Assembly: GCF_018350175.1 (NCBI RefSeq)
Contig: NC_058369.1
Location: forward strand, 20,462,001-20,526,000
DNA length: 64,000 bases
Source of the DNA: Felis catus
Lineage: Eukaryota
Direction: 5' to 3'
The notes beneath the pieces are model-generated. The model ran no database searches. It was given only the letters and a program-made list of their open reading frames with translations, and had not been told where the DNA came from. How positions within the stretch are numbered: the stretch's first letter is position 1; the number at the start of each line of letters is the position of its first letter. Made by a program: the position numbers and the translations under genes. Below, one piece after another: positions 39,601 to 53,061 of the stretch.

Positions 39601-39789
39601 TAGGAGTGCCACATAACATACAAATGCCTAGTTACATTTGAACGGCACATAAACAATGAATAAATTTTTAGTATAAGTATGTCCCATGCTATATTTGAGA
39701 CATAATTATACTAAACATTTTGTTGTTTATCTGACATTCAAATTTAACTGGGCCTTCTGTATTTTCATTTGCTAATTTTGCCAAGACTA
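39601..39789. mobile_element. MER53-like palindromic hAT MITE
   Basis: About 190 nt imperfect palindrome: ataaacaatgaa...tagtataagtatgtccca / gagacataattatactaaa...ttgtttatctgacattcaaatttaactggg; resembles the remembered MER53 consensus. Confidence 0.85.
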
Positions 39790-40060
39790 CTGGGGTGTCT
39801 CTTTTCAGGATCCCTGGTCTTGAATGACCCAGGCATGGGTGCAGCCCCCAGTGGCTGAGCACCGGGGCACTGTATCCCATGGGACCTGTGGTGCTGATCT
39901 GTGCTTCCAGTGCGGCCTTTTCTGGATCTTCCTGCAAAACTGGACCCAGGAAGCATTTGCCCACCTTCCCAGCTTCTGGACAGGCCAAGATGTGCTCTGA
40001 TGTTTTGCACCGGGGGGAGCAACCCTCCTTTCCATGGCTTCAGCTATTTACTTAAAAAAA

Positions 40061-40275
40061 TTTTTTTTTCTTCAACGTTTATTTATTTTTGGGACAGAGA
40101 GGGACAGAGCATGAACGGGGGAGGGGCAGAGAGAGAGGGAGACACAGAATCGGAAACAGGCTCCAGGCTCTGAGCCATCAGCCCAGAGCCTGACGCGGGG
40201 CTCGAACTCACGGACCGTGAGATCATGACCTGGCTGAAGTCGGACGCTTAACCGACTGCGCCACCCAGGCGCCCC
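40061..40275 (-). mobile_element. Young felid SINEC_Fc-type SINE
   Basis: CpGs largely intact; TSD tatttactt at 40045-40053 and 40277-40285. Confidence 0.96.
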
Positions 40276-40300
40276 TTATTTACTTTAAAATGTAATAATA

Positions 40301-40520
40301 GGGGTGCCTGGGTGGCTCAGTCGGTTAAGCGTCTGACTTCGGCTCAGGTCACGATCTCGCGGTTCGTGAGTTCGAGCCCCGCGTCAGGCTCTGTGCTGAC
40401 AGCTCAGAGCCTGGAGCCTGCTTCAGATTCTGTGTCTCCCTCTCTCTCTCTGACCCTCCCCCGTTCATGCCCTGTCTCTCTCTGTCTCAAAAATAAATAA
40501 ACGTAAAAAAAAATTTTTTT
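40301..40520 (+). mobile_element. Young felid SINEC_Fc-type SINE
   Basis: ggggtgcctgggtggctcagtcggttaagcg head, (CT)n, A tail; TSD aatgtaataata / aatataataata. Confidence 0.96.
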
Positions 40521-41959
40521 AATATAATAATAATAATAGTTTGTTAAAAGTAGTTATTAAAATGGCTCATAACTAAGGAGGTACAAGGAATATTCAGTGA
40601 AGAATCACCTTCTGTCCCTGTCACCCATCACCTGGGGGCAGAAGGTGGATGAAGAGTTCCTGAGGGCCAGTCCTCACATCTGCCCACCACACCCCTTTCC
40701 TTCCACCACCACCTCTGCCTTGCCTTCTCCACGCCCACACTGTTGTGGGCAGAGAATCTGCTGGATTTCACTCCTCAACTCTCACATGTTGCTCGGACCA
40801 GGCCCTTCCAGCTGCCCCTGCCCCCGTCCTCCCCCTGGTCCTGACCGTCCTAGGCTTATGTCTCTGCTGTCCCTGCTCAGTACCACATCCATGTCCCACA
40901 AAGCCCTGGTGCCAGAACCAGGTGGGGGCCCAGGGGTCCCTGATGGGCTGGCCCTGCTTATGTGAGACTTGGAGTCCTCCAAGGAGAGCCCTGCCCTTTC
41001 TGGGGCCTGACAGCTGAGATGCCAAACATTTGGGGTTCTCTCCAGCCATAGGGAATTGACTGTCCTTCAGTGTAACCAGCAGTCTGCTTTGCTTGGGCAG
41101 CTGTCCTGTGGCTTTGCCCACAGCTCCACCCTGCCCTTCTGCCACCCTTTCACCTGTCCCTTGCACTGGTCCTGGGCAAGCTACAGCAGCCTGTCTGGGT
41201 GGGCCTGACTCTCTCTCTCTCTCTCAACCAGGAGTCCCTGTGGCATGGTCAAGGCCACTCTTTTCACAGCTCCCCCAGTCCTGTCATAGGATCAGGGAGA
41301 GTGAGCCCTTTCCAGAGGAAGCCCTTCAGATAGAAAGAATATTGAAATCCAAGAAGTTGGTGATGTATTGAGCAAAGGTGTTGGGGACAAAAAAAAAAAA
41401 AAAAATAGAGCTGAGGGGATGACACAGAGCTGGGGAAATGATTCAAGCTGTTCCACATCCCCTGGGTCCTGTGGGGAGACTTGCCCCATGGCTACATTCA
41501 TACAGAGTTCTTTCTCCATTATCCCCACCCCACCCTGGCTGCTCTTGCCTCCTCCCTTGGGTTCTGGGGTCAGGAAAGGTAGAGGGGAAAGGAGGGGTCA
41601 CTGAGGATCTCAAAACCCTCTGAAAATGTCCCCACCCCAACTTCCTGCAGGAAAGGAAAGGAGCCTGGCCTCCCCACCCATGGGCCAACAGGCCATTGAG
41701 CACTAAAGATGGGGTGTCCTCAGTCGGGGGGGAGGGGCTAGATCTGGGAAAAACAGGGGAAGGAGGTGGGGGGCTAAAGGGAGGTGAAAAGCTGGAGGGT
41801 GCAAAGGGAGGGAGGAGAGAAATGGAGGAAACTGGGAGGAAGACAGTGGTGGGGGGAAGGGGGGTGGCGGGCAGCCAGAGGAGGGAGAAAGTAAAACATG
41901 GAAGCTTTAAACCCCAAGGGCTCTCATCAAGAAGGCAGGTTTGTTTATTTGTTTGTTTG

Positions 41960-42230
41960 TTTTTTAAAGAAAAATCACTTTATTCTTTCTGTGGAAACAA
42001 TATACGCTCCCTATAAACAGTTTAAGCATTATGGAAAAGTTAAAAAAAAAAAAAAGTATTAGTTCCAGTTGCATGATTCAAATATAACCATCATTAACAT
42101 TTCTGGTGCAGCATCCTAGACATATTTCCATGCATTTTTTACAGATAGAAGGAGGGATAGAAATACTTTCATAAAAATGGGATCATGCCATATGTCTATT
42201 TTCTTAGTGAAGATTTAATTTTACTTGATT
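41960..42230 (-). mobile_element. Ancient L1 (L1ME-like) 3' fragment
   Basis: ataaccatcattaacatttctggtg...aaaaatgggatcatgccatatg text typical of old L1 3' ends. Confidence 0.55.
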
Positions 42231-42974
42231 CTAATTGAAGAAAATGAATCTGAAAGTAAAACTGAAGAAATTCTTGAACTTCACAGACATTTCTTCACCA
42301 CACAAGACATGTTCCGCCTGAAAAATCACAGTAGGTTGAAGAAAAGAGAGAGTGACCTTTAGAGGTATACATTTGGCTAGTCTCGGAATCTGAGGTGAGT
42401 CTGACCTGTGGCCAGCCTCACCCCATGAAGGAAAGGACAGTGGGCCCTCCACCACGTACACTGCACCTGTCCCAGGAATTGTTGTCTAAGTTGTCACTGT
42501 GCACTGTCGCACTGAGGCAGACGCCCACAGGTTCCAGGTGGCTCACGTGGTGTTTGTATTTCAGCCACGCCACACCTGGCCCTCCCATCTCTGCATTCAC
42601 GTTGGTTCTCATCCCTCAGGTATGGCGGCATGGAAGCCCTGGGATACTGAGCTCCCTGTAATGAGTCCTTTCTCTGGGCAAAATAAACTGGGTGCTGGGA
42701 CAGCCTCTTGGTCACAACATCTGAAACTCTCTGGCGGTCTTTCAGCATCATTATGTTTTTATTAACCACATTTTCCTTATAGGCCATATTGACTGATGCC
42801 TTGTTGAGAAATTGAGAACATTAGCATTAGCTAGTAGTTTTACACTGTCCAGTTTTATCTCGTCTGAATTGTTTGGTAACAGCAATTTACTTAGTTATTT
42901 CATATTCATTGTTTATCCAAGGCATCCACAGGTTGCTGCCTTCCTCTTCCGCTTCCTCACTCCTGAGTTCAAAC

Positions 42975-43812
42975 TTTTTTTTTTTAAGTTTATTTATTTT
43001 GAGAGAGAGAGAGAGAGAGCACAAGCAGGGGAGGGACAGAGAAAGAGAGGGTGAGAGGGAGAGAGAGAGGATCCCAAGTGGGCTCTGAGCTGCCTTTAAG
43101 GAGCCTCACACTGGGCTCTGTCTCACCACTGTGAGACCATGACCTGAGCAGAAATCAAGAGTCAGATGCTTAACCAACTGGGCCACTCAGGTGCCCCCTT
43201 GAGTTCCAACTTTTGATGTCACTTTTTTAATTTTTTTAAAGTGTTTATTTTTGAGAGAGAGACAGAGTACAAGAGGGGGAGGGGCAGAGAGAGAGGGAGA
43301 CAGAATCTGAAGCAGGCCCCAGGCTCAGCACAGAGCCTGACTGGGGCTCGAACCCACCCACCACAAGATCAGGACCTGAGCCAAAGTCGGACACCCAACC
43401 GACTGAGCCACCCAGGTGCCCCTTGATGTCACTTTTAATTGTTGTAATTTTATTAAGTAGTTTTTCTTTTTCATGGAAGCCTTGTGGTCCCCATATTCTG
43501 ACTTCTTTTATATTTGACAATGCCCTTTCCCCCCATTTTCCATGAATGTTATTACGAAGATTTTGTCTTATTAGCTTATTTTACCCAATTTTAATGTAAC
43601 TCACATATATTTTTTTAATGTTTTATTTATTTTTGAGAGAGGGAGAGAGCACGAGCAGAGGAGGGACAGAGAGAGAGGGGGAAGGACAGAGGATCCAAAG
43701 CAGGCTCTGTGCTGACAGCAGAGAGCCTGACTTGGGGCTCAAACCCACAAACTGTGAGATCATGACCTGAGCCGAAGTCAGACACTTAACCAACTGAGCT
43801 ATCCAGGCGCCC
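42975..43812 (-). mobile_element. Three tandem-oriented CAN-SINEs (about 42975-43198, 43225-43422, 43610-43812)
   Basis: Each has tail, body, head and its own TSD (tgagttc(a/c)aactttt; tgatgtcactttt; ttttaatgtaactca). Confidence 0.93.
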
Positions 43813-44399
43813 TTTTAATGTAACTCATCTTAATTAAAACATCCCTTTGTCTCTAATGATTACTTCCCCTTTTTGCTATGACAATTTTATTTACATATAA
43901 AAAAGTAGAACTGCCTCCACTAAGCGTTAGCTATATCAATCTCTGGCCCATATTTTTTCAAATATATGCCTATTTTTTTCCTTTCACCCCCTTCAGAATT
44001 TTTAAATGTAAATCCAGGCGAACTTTTATCCTTTTAATTAAAATAATATACAACATTTATTGAGCATTTACTGTGCTCTGGACTGTGTGTGTATATAAGT
44101 GTATAAGAGTTCATATTGTACTTAGCTAGTTTCATTTAATCCAGTAGTCATGTTAGGTGCATTTTATTTATATACCCATTATACAGACATGAAATAAAAG
44201 TTTTACTGAAAAATGTATACAATTCATAGAGGTAGATCTCAATGCATTTTTTTCACAAAGCTAACACACCTTTAAACTATCACCCAGATTAGTGATGGAG
44301 ATATTTTCCTCTTGACTTTGTACTTGAATAAAAAGGAACTGGTTTTAGTATTTGGGGGTCCGTGCTCTTTTTTAAAAAAGTTACAACTTCATATTATTT

Positions 44400-44660
44400 C
44401 ATTTTTATATAGTTTAAATTTTAAAAGTGTTTGCTTTATAAAAAAATTGTGAGAGACGATGCAGAGAGTTCCCACAGGCCCCACACCCAGATTCCTCTAT
44501 TATTAGTTTACATTAGTAAATTAGTAACAAATAGTACATTTGTTACAATTAATGGGGAAACAGTGGTACCTTCTTATTAACTAAAAATTCATAGCTGATT
44601 CAGATTTCCTAGTTTCCCCCTAATACCCTTTTTCTGTTCCAGGATCCCACCCAGGACACC
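44400..44660 (-). mobile_element. Old L1 (L1MC/ME-like) 3' fragment
   Basis: agagagttcccaca...tagtacatttgttacaattaatg...tttttctgttccaggatcccacccaggacacc. Confidence 0.7.
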
Positions 44661-45000
44661 GCTTACGCGCTGTGGGAGGAAGTGGCCTGGGGCACGTGGC
44701 CGCTGGCTGCTGAGCCACAAGCTGGATCCGGGCCTCAGGGGCTCCTCGCCCCTCCCCTGTCCCTGGAATGCGCGCAGCCGCCATCCGACTGCGGGAGCCA
44801 TTTTCAAGCAGGAGGCCCGGAGAGAGCAATGTGGCGCTGAGAACTTCTGAGCGGGGCTAAGGCCTCAGATCCTGCAGGGTCAAAGACAAGCCTGGACCAG
44901 CCTGTAAGTCGGCTTGCTTCTTAAACCCGCCACCTACCAGTCTGGAGCGCCCTGGCCCTTCCTTCCGTCTCTCCTTGCCCTCCGTGCCCTCGGCCACCAG
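44661..45000 (+). promoter_or_regulatory. Orphan CpG-rich promoter-like island
   Basis: ETS GAGGAAGTG, CACGTG, TGCGCGCA, GCCGCCAT and AGCCATTTT motifs plus GTAAGT at 44904 in otherwise CpG-poor DNA. Confidence 0.45.
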
Positions 45001-45033
45001 TTTTCCACCCAACAGGCTCCCCTTTTTAAAATT

Positions 45034-45036
<3 letters not shown>

Positions 45037-45084
<48 letters not shown>

Positions 45085-45300
45085 CTTTTTAGGGGCGTCT
45101 GGGTGGCTCAGTCGGTTGAGTGTCCGACTTCGGCTCAGGTCATGATCCCGCGATTGGTGAGTTTGAGCCCGTGTAGGGCTCTGTACTGACAGCTAGGAGA
45201 CTGGAGCCTTCTTGAATTCGGTGTCTACCCCTCTCTCTGCCCCTCCCCACTCACACTCTGTCTCTCTCTCAAAAAATAAAAGTAAACATTAAAAAAAAAA
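45037..45300 (+). mobile_element. (CA)n microsatellite (about 45037-45081) followed by a CAN-SINE (45092-45300)
   Basis: Directly visible repeat; ggggcgtctgggtggctcagtcggttgag SINE head and A tail. Confidence 0.93.
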
Positions 45301-46361
45301 ACAACCTTTAAAAAATATCTCTTTTTTCCCCGGTTTTATTGATACAGTCGACCCATATCGCTGTGTATCTCAGGTGTACAGCAGAGAGGGCTGACTTACA
45401 CATACTGTGCAATGATCACCACAGAAAATTTAGTTAGCATCTGTTATCTCTTGGAGATAAAATGAAAAGAGAAAGCAAAACAAGGAAAAAACCTTTTTTC
45501 CTTGTGACAAGGACTCTTGGGATCCACTCTGTTGACTTCCCTGTATAAGCTTGCAGCAGCATAGCTTCAGTCACTACGCAGGAGGGGACATCCCTAGCAC
45601 TCACTTGTTTTGTCACTGGAGGCCTGTACCTTCGACCACCTCCTCACGGTCCAGACTCTTCCCCTCAAAACTTGGTGGGCATTTCTCTGTTGTCTTCTAG
45701 CCTTGAGTGGTTGCTGTAGGGAGATTTGAGGCTTGTCTGATTTTAAAACAAATATTGAGCAGTATTCTGCATACTATAAGATGCACAGATTTTAGGGGTA
45801 CAATTCTGTGAATTTTGACAAACGTGTACCCTGATGTAAACATCACCCAAATCTAGATATATAACTTTCTCTTTCCTCCTCAAAGATCCCCCTTGCCCCT
45901 TTTCCAGTAACTACCACGTCCTCCCAGAGATGACCACTGTTTGATTCTGATCACCATTAACTAGCTTTGCCTAGAACTTTATATAAATAGAGTCATACCG
46001 TATGTACCCTTTTGTGTCTGACTTTTTTCTCTAAATCTGTTTATGTGATTCATCCATGTTGCTGTGAGAATCGAATCTTTGTTTCTTTTTTATTGCCGAG
46101 TAATATTCCATTGTACAAATACACTGGAATTCCGCTCTCCATTCTCCTGTGGATGTATATTGGATTGTTTCCAATTTTTAAAGCTATTATAGATACATCT
46201 ACTATGAACACTTTTGAGCAAGCCTTTTTGTAGACATAGGTTTTCAACTTTCTCTAGTAAATGCCTAAGAGTAGAATGGCTGAGTCATAGAGTCAGGGAT
46301 TTTTAATCTTTATCAGAAATTTCCAAATGGTTTTCTCAAGTGATTATGCCATTAAAAACTG

Positions 46362-46661
46362 TTTTTTCAACATGTATTCATTTTTGAGAGACAGAGAGAG
46401 ACAGAGTGTGAGTGGGGTCGGGTCAGAGAGAGAGGGAGACACAGAATCTGAAGTAGGCTCCAGGCTCTGAGCTGTCAGCACAGAGCCTGACGCGAATCTC
46501 GAACTCATGGACCACGAGATCATGACCTGAGCTGAGGTCAGACACTTAACCGAATGAGCCACCCAGGCACCCCTTGATTGTGCCATTTTACACCAATATA
46601 TCCCAGATACTCTTTGCCACTTGCCAGTCCTTTTAACTGTAGTGGGTGTCTAGTGACATCT

Positions 46662-46697
<36 letters not shown>

Positions 46698-46890
46698 AAT
46701 GTTCATTTTTAAGAGAGAGCGCGCATGTGCGTGTGCCTGTGAGCTGGGGAAGGGCAGAGAGGGGAACGGAGGATTGGAAGCGGGCTCGGGGATGACAGCA
46801 GCAAACCCAGTATGGGGCTGGAACTCATCAACCACGAGATCATGACCTTAGCGGAAGTCAGATACTCAACTGAGCCACCCAGACGCCCCC
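46362..46890 (-). mobile_element. Two CAN-SINEs (about 46362-46573, 46695-46890) within L1
   Basis: SINE body text ending cacccaggcacccc / cacccagacgcccc. Confidence 0.92.
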
Positions 46891-47183
46891 TTATTATGGT
46901 TTTAATTTGTATTTCTCTGGTGGTAAATTATACTGAGCAGTTTCTCACCTTCTTTTCGGCTATTCTGTGTCTTCTTTTTTGAAGTACTTCACATCTTTTG
47001 CTCATTTTTATTGGGCTATTTATTTTTTTAATACTGTTTTGTAGGAATTCTTTATATGTGCAGGATGAGTTTATTGGATAAATGTATTATGAACCTTTTC
47101 CCTATTCTGTAGCTTTGCTTTTACTTATCTTACTCAGTTAATGAGCAAAGACTTTAATTTTGTTTTTTTATGGTTAGTGCCTT

Positions 47184-47450
47184 ACATTTTTTTTTTAGTA
47201 TAGTTGACACACAATGTGACATTAATTTCAGGTGTACAGCATAGTGACTCAACTTCTCTATATGTTCTGCTGTGCTCACCACAGGTGTAGCTGCCATCTG
47301 TCACCAGACATGCTATCACAGTACCATTGCCTGTACTCCCTATGCTGTGCCTTTTATCCTCGTGACTTATTCATTCCATGACTGGAAGCCTGTAGCACGC
47401 ACTCTTCTTCACCCATTTTGCCCATTCCTCTGCCCCCCTTCCCTCTGGTA
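47184..47450 (-). mobile_element. Short 5'-truncated carnivore L1 3' end
   Basis: Poly-T tail; TSD tatggttagtgcctt (47169-47183) / tatggttagtacctt (47451-47465). Confidence 0.85.
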
Positions 47451-49609
47451 TATGGTTAGTACCTTTATGATCTGTCCAAGAAATCTTTGCCTGCCCCAAG
47501 TTTGTGAACGTTTTCTCCTGTTTTTTTGGTCTATACTTTTTTTTAAGAGGAAAAACTAATATAACATAAAACTAACCATTTTAAAATTGGCAATTCAGTG
47601 GCATTTAATAAATTCACACTGTTTTACAATCAACACCTCTCTATAGTTCTGAAACATTTTCATCATCTCAAATAAAACCCTGGACCCATTAAGCAGTTAC
47701 TCCCCATTCTTCCTTCCTTCAGCCTGTGGCAAACCACCAATCAATCTACTTTCTATCTCTATTGATTTTCCTATTCTGGATATTGGTATAAATGGAATCA
47801 TGCAGTATGTGATCCTGTGTGTCTGGCTTCTTTCACTTAGCTGATGGTTGGATACCAGACCGTTATCAGATGTATGATTTGTAAATATTCTCTCCTATTC
47901 TGTAGGTTGTCTTTTTGCTTTCTTGATAATGTCCTTTGATGCACTCACGTTTTTTATTTCGATGAAATAATTTATCTATATTCCCTTTTGTTGCTTATGC
48001 TTTTGGTGTAACCTAAAAATTCATTGCCAAATCCAAGGTCATGAAGATTTTTACCCCTTGCCTTCTTGTAAGAGTTTTATGGTATTAGCTCTTATATTTA
48101 GGTCCTTGATCCATTGTGAGTTAATTTTTATGTACAGTGGGAGGAGTCCAACTTCATTTTTTGCATATGGATAGTCGTCTCAGCACTACATCTATCTGTA
48201 TGCCTGTACCACACTGATTTGATTACTGTAATTTCATAGTAAGTTTTGAAATTGTGAAATGTGAGTACTCTAGTTTTGTCCTTTTTTTTTTTCAAAATTG
48301 TTTTGACTATTCAATTCCATATGAATTTGAAGATTTGCTTTTTTATTTCTTTAGATAAGACCATTGGGGTTTTGATGGGAATTGTACTGGATTTGTAGCC
48401 CACTTTGGGGATTATTGCCATCTTAAAATTATTAAGTCTTCCAACCCATGAACACAGGATGTTTTTCTATTTACTTAGATCTTCTATAATTTCTTTCAGC
48501 AATGTTTTATAGTTTCCATATGTGAGTCTTTCACTTCCCTGAGTAGATTTATTCCTAGATACGCTATTCTTTGTGATACTATTGTAAATTATGGAATTGT
48601 TTTCTTAATTTCATTTTCAGATTGTTCATTACTGGTGCATAGTAACACAACTGATTTTTGTGTGTTGGTATTGTATCTGCCACTTTGCTGAATTCATTTC
48701 TTACTTCTAGTAGTTTTAAAAAAAAATTCTTTGGGATGTATTATTTGTGCAATTATGTCACCTGTGAACAGAGATAGCTTTATTCTTTATTTTCCAGTTT
48801 GGATGCTTTATTTTCCTTGCCTAATTTCTCTGGTTAGAACTTCCAGTACAGTGTTGAAGAACATTGGTGAAAGTGGGCATCCTTGTCTTATTTCTAATCT
48901 TAGGGAGAAAGCTGTGTCTTTTTACCATTGAGTATGATGTTAGCAGGGGCGTTTTCCTAATTGCCCTTTATCATGTTCAGGATCTTCCATTCCTTGTTCT
49001 CTGAATGTTTTCATCATGAAAGGATGTTGGATTTTGCCAAAAGCTTTCACTGCATCAATGGAGATGTTCGTAGGATTTTTTCCCCTTTGTTCTATTACAT
49101 TGAATGGCTTTTTTATGTTGAACCGCCTTAAATCCCAGGGATAAATCTCACTTGGTCATTGTGTACAGTCTTTTTAATATGCTTTTGGATCTGCTTTAGT
49201 CGTATATTGAGGATTTTTGCATCTATATTCATAAGGGATATCGATCTGCAGTTTTCTTTCCTTGTGGCATCCTTGCCTGGTTTTAGCATGAGGGTAATAT
49301 TGGCCTCATAGAATGAGTTAGGAAGTATTCTCTCCTCTTCTGTGTTCTGGAAGAGTTTGGAAAAGATTGGTGTTAATTTTTTAAATGTCTAGTATAATTC
49401 ACCAGTAAAGCCACCTGATCCTGAACTTTTCATATTGGGAGGTTTTTGATTAGTGATTCAATCTCTGATAGGTCTATTTCAGATTTTTCTTTGGGGAAGT
49501 TTTGATAATTTGTGTGTTTCTATGAATGGGTCCAATTCATCTATATTATCTGATTTGTTGGAGTATAATTGTTCATAGTATACTTATAATTCTTTTTATT
49601 AAAAACAAT

Positions 49610-51358
49610 TTTTTAAGTTTACTTATTTATTTTGAGAGAGAGAGAAGGAGAGAGAATGAGTGAGTATGAGTGGGAGAAGGGCAGAGAGAGAGAGGGAGAG
49701 AGAATCCCAAACAGGCTCTGTGCTGACAGCGGGGCTCGAACTCCCAAACAGAGAGATCATGACCTGAACCAAAACCAAGAGTCTGACGTTTAACTAACTG
49801 AGCCACCCAGGAGCCCCTCTTATAATTCTTTTTAAAGCCACTCTTTCAAGGCATGATTGACATACAGAAAGCTGTACATTTTTAATGTATACAATACCAT
49901 TAGTTTGGAGATAAGTCTACACCCATGAGACCATCACTGAAATCAAGGCCATCCAAAAGATTCCTTCCTTTCTCTTTATTTACTAAATTAAATTTTTTTC
50001 TTTTTTGCTAAGAGCCCTTGGCAAAAAAAAAAAAAAAAATCTACCTTCTTAGCTAATTTTTAAGTATACAATACAGTATTGTTCATTATGGGCTCTATGT
50101 TGTATGGCAGATCTCCAGAATTTACTCATCTTACATAACTGAAACTTTGTACGCTTTGGCCGCCACCTCTCCCAAGCATTATGGTAATGATTATTCTACT
50201 CCTTTGAATTTGACTGTTTTAGATTTCTCATAAAAGTGGGATCATGCAGTATTTGTCCTTCTGTATCTGGCTTATTTCACTTAGCATAATGTCCTCCAGG
50301 TTTATTCGTGTTGCAAATGACAGCATTTCCTTCCTTTTTATGGCCACTAATATTCCACTGTGAGTGTGTGATAGGATATATGTCACGTTTTCTTTCTTTT
50401 TTTTTTTTAACTGAAGTATAATTAGCATACAGTGTTATATTACTTTGCACAACATAATGATTCAACAATTCTGTTTTTTCTCACCCCCCACGATGATTCA
50501 GCAACTGTATTCATTACTCAGTGCTCATCATGATAAGTGTACTCTTAATCCTCTTTATCTATTTCACCCACCACCACCACCACCCCCCATTTCCCCTCGG
50601 GCAACCATCAGTTTGTTCTCTGTATTTAAAAGTCTGGTTTTGGGGGAGCACCTGGGTGGCTCAGTCAGTTAAGCGTCCAACACTTGATTTCAGCTCAGGC
50701 CATGATCTCACAGTTTGTGGGATCAAGTCCCACGATAGACTTTGCACTGATGGTGTGGAGTGTGCTTGGGATTCTCCCTCTCCTCTCTCTTCCCTTCCCC
50801 TGCTCACTCTCTCTCTCTCTCTCTCTCAAAATAAATAAATAAACATTAAAAAGAGTCTGGTTTTTTGTTTGTCTCTTTTCTCTGTTTTTTATTTGTTCTG
50901 TTTATTAAATTCCACATGTGGGTAAAATCATATGGTATTTGTCTTTCTCTTTTTTACTTATTTCACTCAGCATTATGTACTCTAAGTCCAATCATGTTGT
51001 TGCAAATGACAAGATCTCATTCTTTTTTTATGGCTGAGTAATATTCTATTGTGCATATAGACCACATCTTCTTTGTCCATTCATCTATTGATAGGCAACT
51101 TGGTTGCTTCCATATCTTTGCTATTGTAAATAATGCTGCAATAAACATACAAGTGCATATATCTTTTAGAATTAGTGTTTTCATATTCTTTGGATAAATA
51201 TCTAGTAGTGGAATTACTCAATCATATCGTAATTCTATTTTAAATTTTTTTAAGGAAACTCTATATTGTTTTCCACAGTGGCTGCACCAATTTACATTCC
51301 CATCACAAGTGTATGGGACTTCCTTTTTCTCCACATCCTCACCAACAGTTGTTTCTTG

Positions 51359-51393
<35 letters not shown>

Positions 51394-53014
51394 AGAGATA
51401 GAAAGAGAGAGATGGACAGAGAGGGAGAGAGAGAATCCTAGGCAGGCTCCACACTGTCAGCTCAGAGCCCTACAGGGTCCAGGCCAATGAACCATGGGAT
51501 CATGACCTGAGCCAAAACTGAGAGATGCTTAACTGACTGAGCCACCAGGTGCTCCTTGTTTCTTGTCTTTTTGATTCTAGCCATTCTGACAGGTGTAAGG
51601 AGATATCTTATTACAGTTTTGATTTGCATTTCCCTGATGATGAGTGATGTTGAGCACATTTTCATTTACCTATTGGCCATTTGTATGTCTTCTTTGGTGA
51701 AATGTGTATTCAAGTCCTTTACCTATTTGGTTTTTTTGTTTGTTTGTTTGTTTGTTGTTACTGAGTTGTAGGAGTTCCTTATATTTTTTGGATATTGACC
51801 CCTTACCAGATAGATGGTTTGCAAATATTTTCTCCTGTTCCATAAGTTGCTTTTTCATTTTGTTGATTGTTTCCTTTGTTGTGAAGAAGCTTTTTAATTT
51901 TGTGGAATCCCACTTATGTATTTTTTTAAATGCCTGTGCTTTTGTTGTCATATCCAAGAAATCATACCAAGTCCAATGTCTAGAAGCTTTTCCCTATGTT
52001 TTCTTCTAAATGTTTTATTGTTTTAGCTTTTATATTTGAGTCTTTAATCCATTTTGAGTTGACTTTTATATGTGGTGTGAAATAAAGGTACAATATCTTT
52101 CTTTTGCATGTGGAAGTCTAATTTTCCCATTACCACCTATTGAAGAGACTGTTTTTTTCCCTATTGTGCATTCTTGGCACCCTTGTCGAAGACCAATTGA
52201 TCATATATGCATGGGTTTATTTCTGGGCTCCCTATTCAGTTCCACTGACCTATATGTCTGTTATTATGTCAATACCATACTGTTTGATTACTGGAGCTTT
52301 ATAATATAGTCTGTAATCAAGGAATAGGACACCTCCAGCATTATCCTTCTTGCTCAAAATTGCTTTGGTTATTTGGGGTCTTCTTTGGTTCCAAATGAAT
52401 TTTGCTATTTCTGTAAAAAAAAAAAAATGCCATTGAAATTTTGATAGAGATTAAATTGAATCTGTAGATTATTTTGGATCATATGGACATTTTGATGGCA
52501 TTAATTTTTCTAATCCATAAACATGGGGTATTCTTCCATTAATTTATGTCTCTAATTTCTCTCATCAGTGTTTTATAGTTTAAAGTGTACAAGTCTTTCA
52601 CCTCCTTGGTTAAGTTTATTCCCAGGTCTTTTATTCTTTTTGATGTTATTGTAAATGCTACTGTCTTCCTAATTTCCTTTTCAGATAGGTCATTGTTAGT
52701 GTATAGAAATGCAACTGATTGGGGCGTCTGGGTGGCTCAGTTGGTTAAGTGTCCAACTTCGGCTCAGGTCATGGTCTCACAGTTCGTGAGTTCCAGCTCC
52801 GTGTCAGGCTTTATGACAGCTCAGACACTGGCGCCTGCTCTTGATTCGGTGTCTCCCTCTCTTCCCCCTCACTCCACCCCCCCCCTTACACTCTGTCTCT
52901 CTCTCAAAAGTAAACATTAAAAAAATTTAAAAAAACAAAGAAATACACCTGAGTTTTGTCTGTTTGTTGATTTTGCATCCTGAAACGTTACTGAAAGTGT
53001 TTAAGTCTAACAGG

Positions 53015-53061
<47 letters not shown>

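Noticed and set aside
40312..40500. Recurrent MAQSVKRLTSAQV-type ORF family and tRNA-like heads
   Set aside because: Translations of CAN-SINEs; tRNA-derived heads are not tRNA genes
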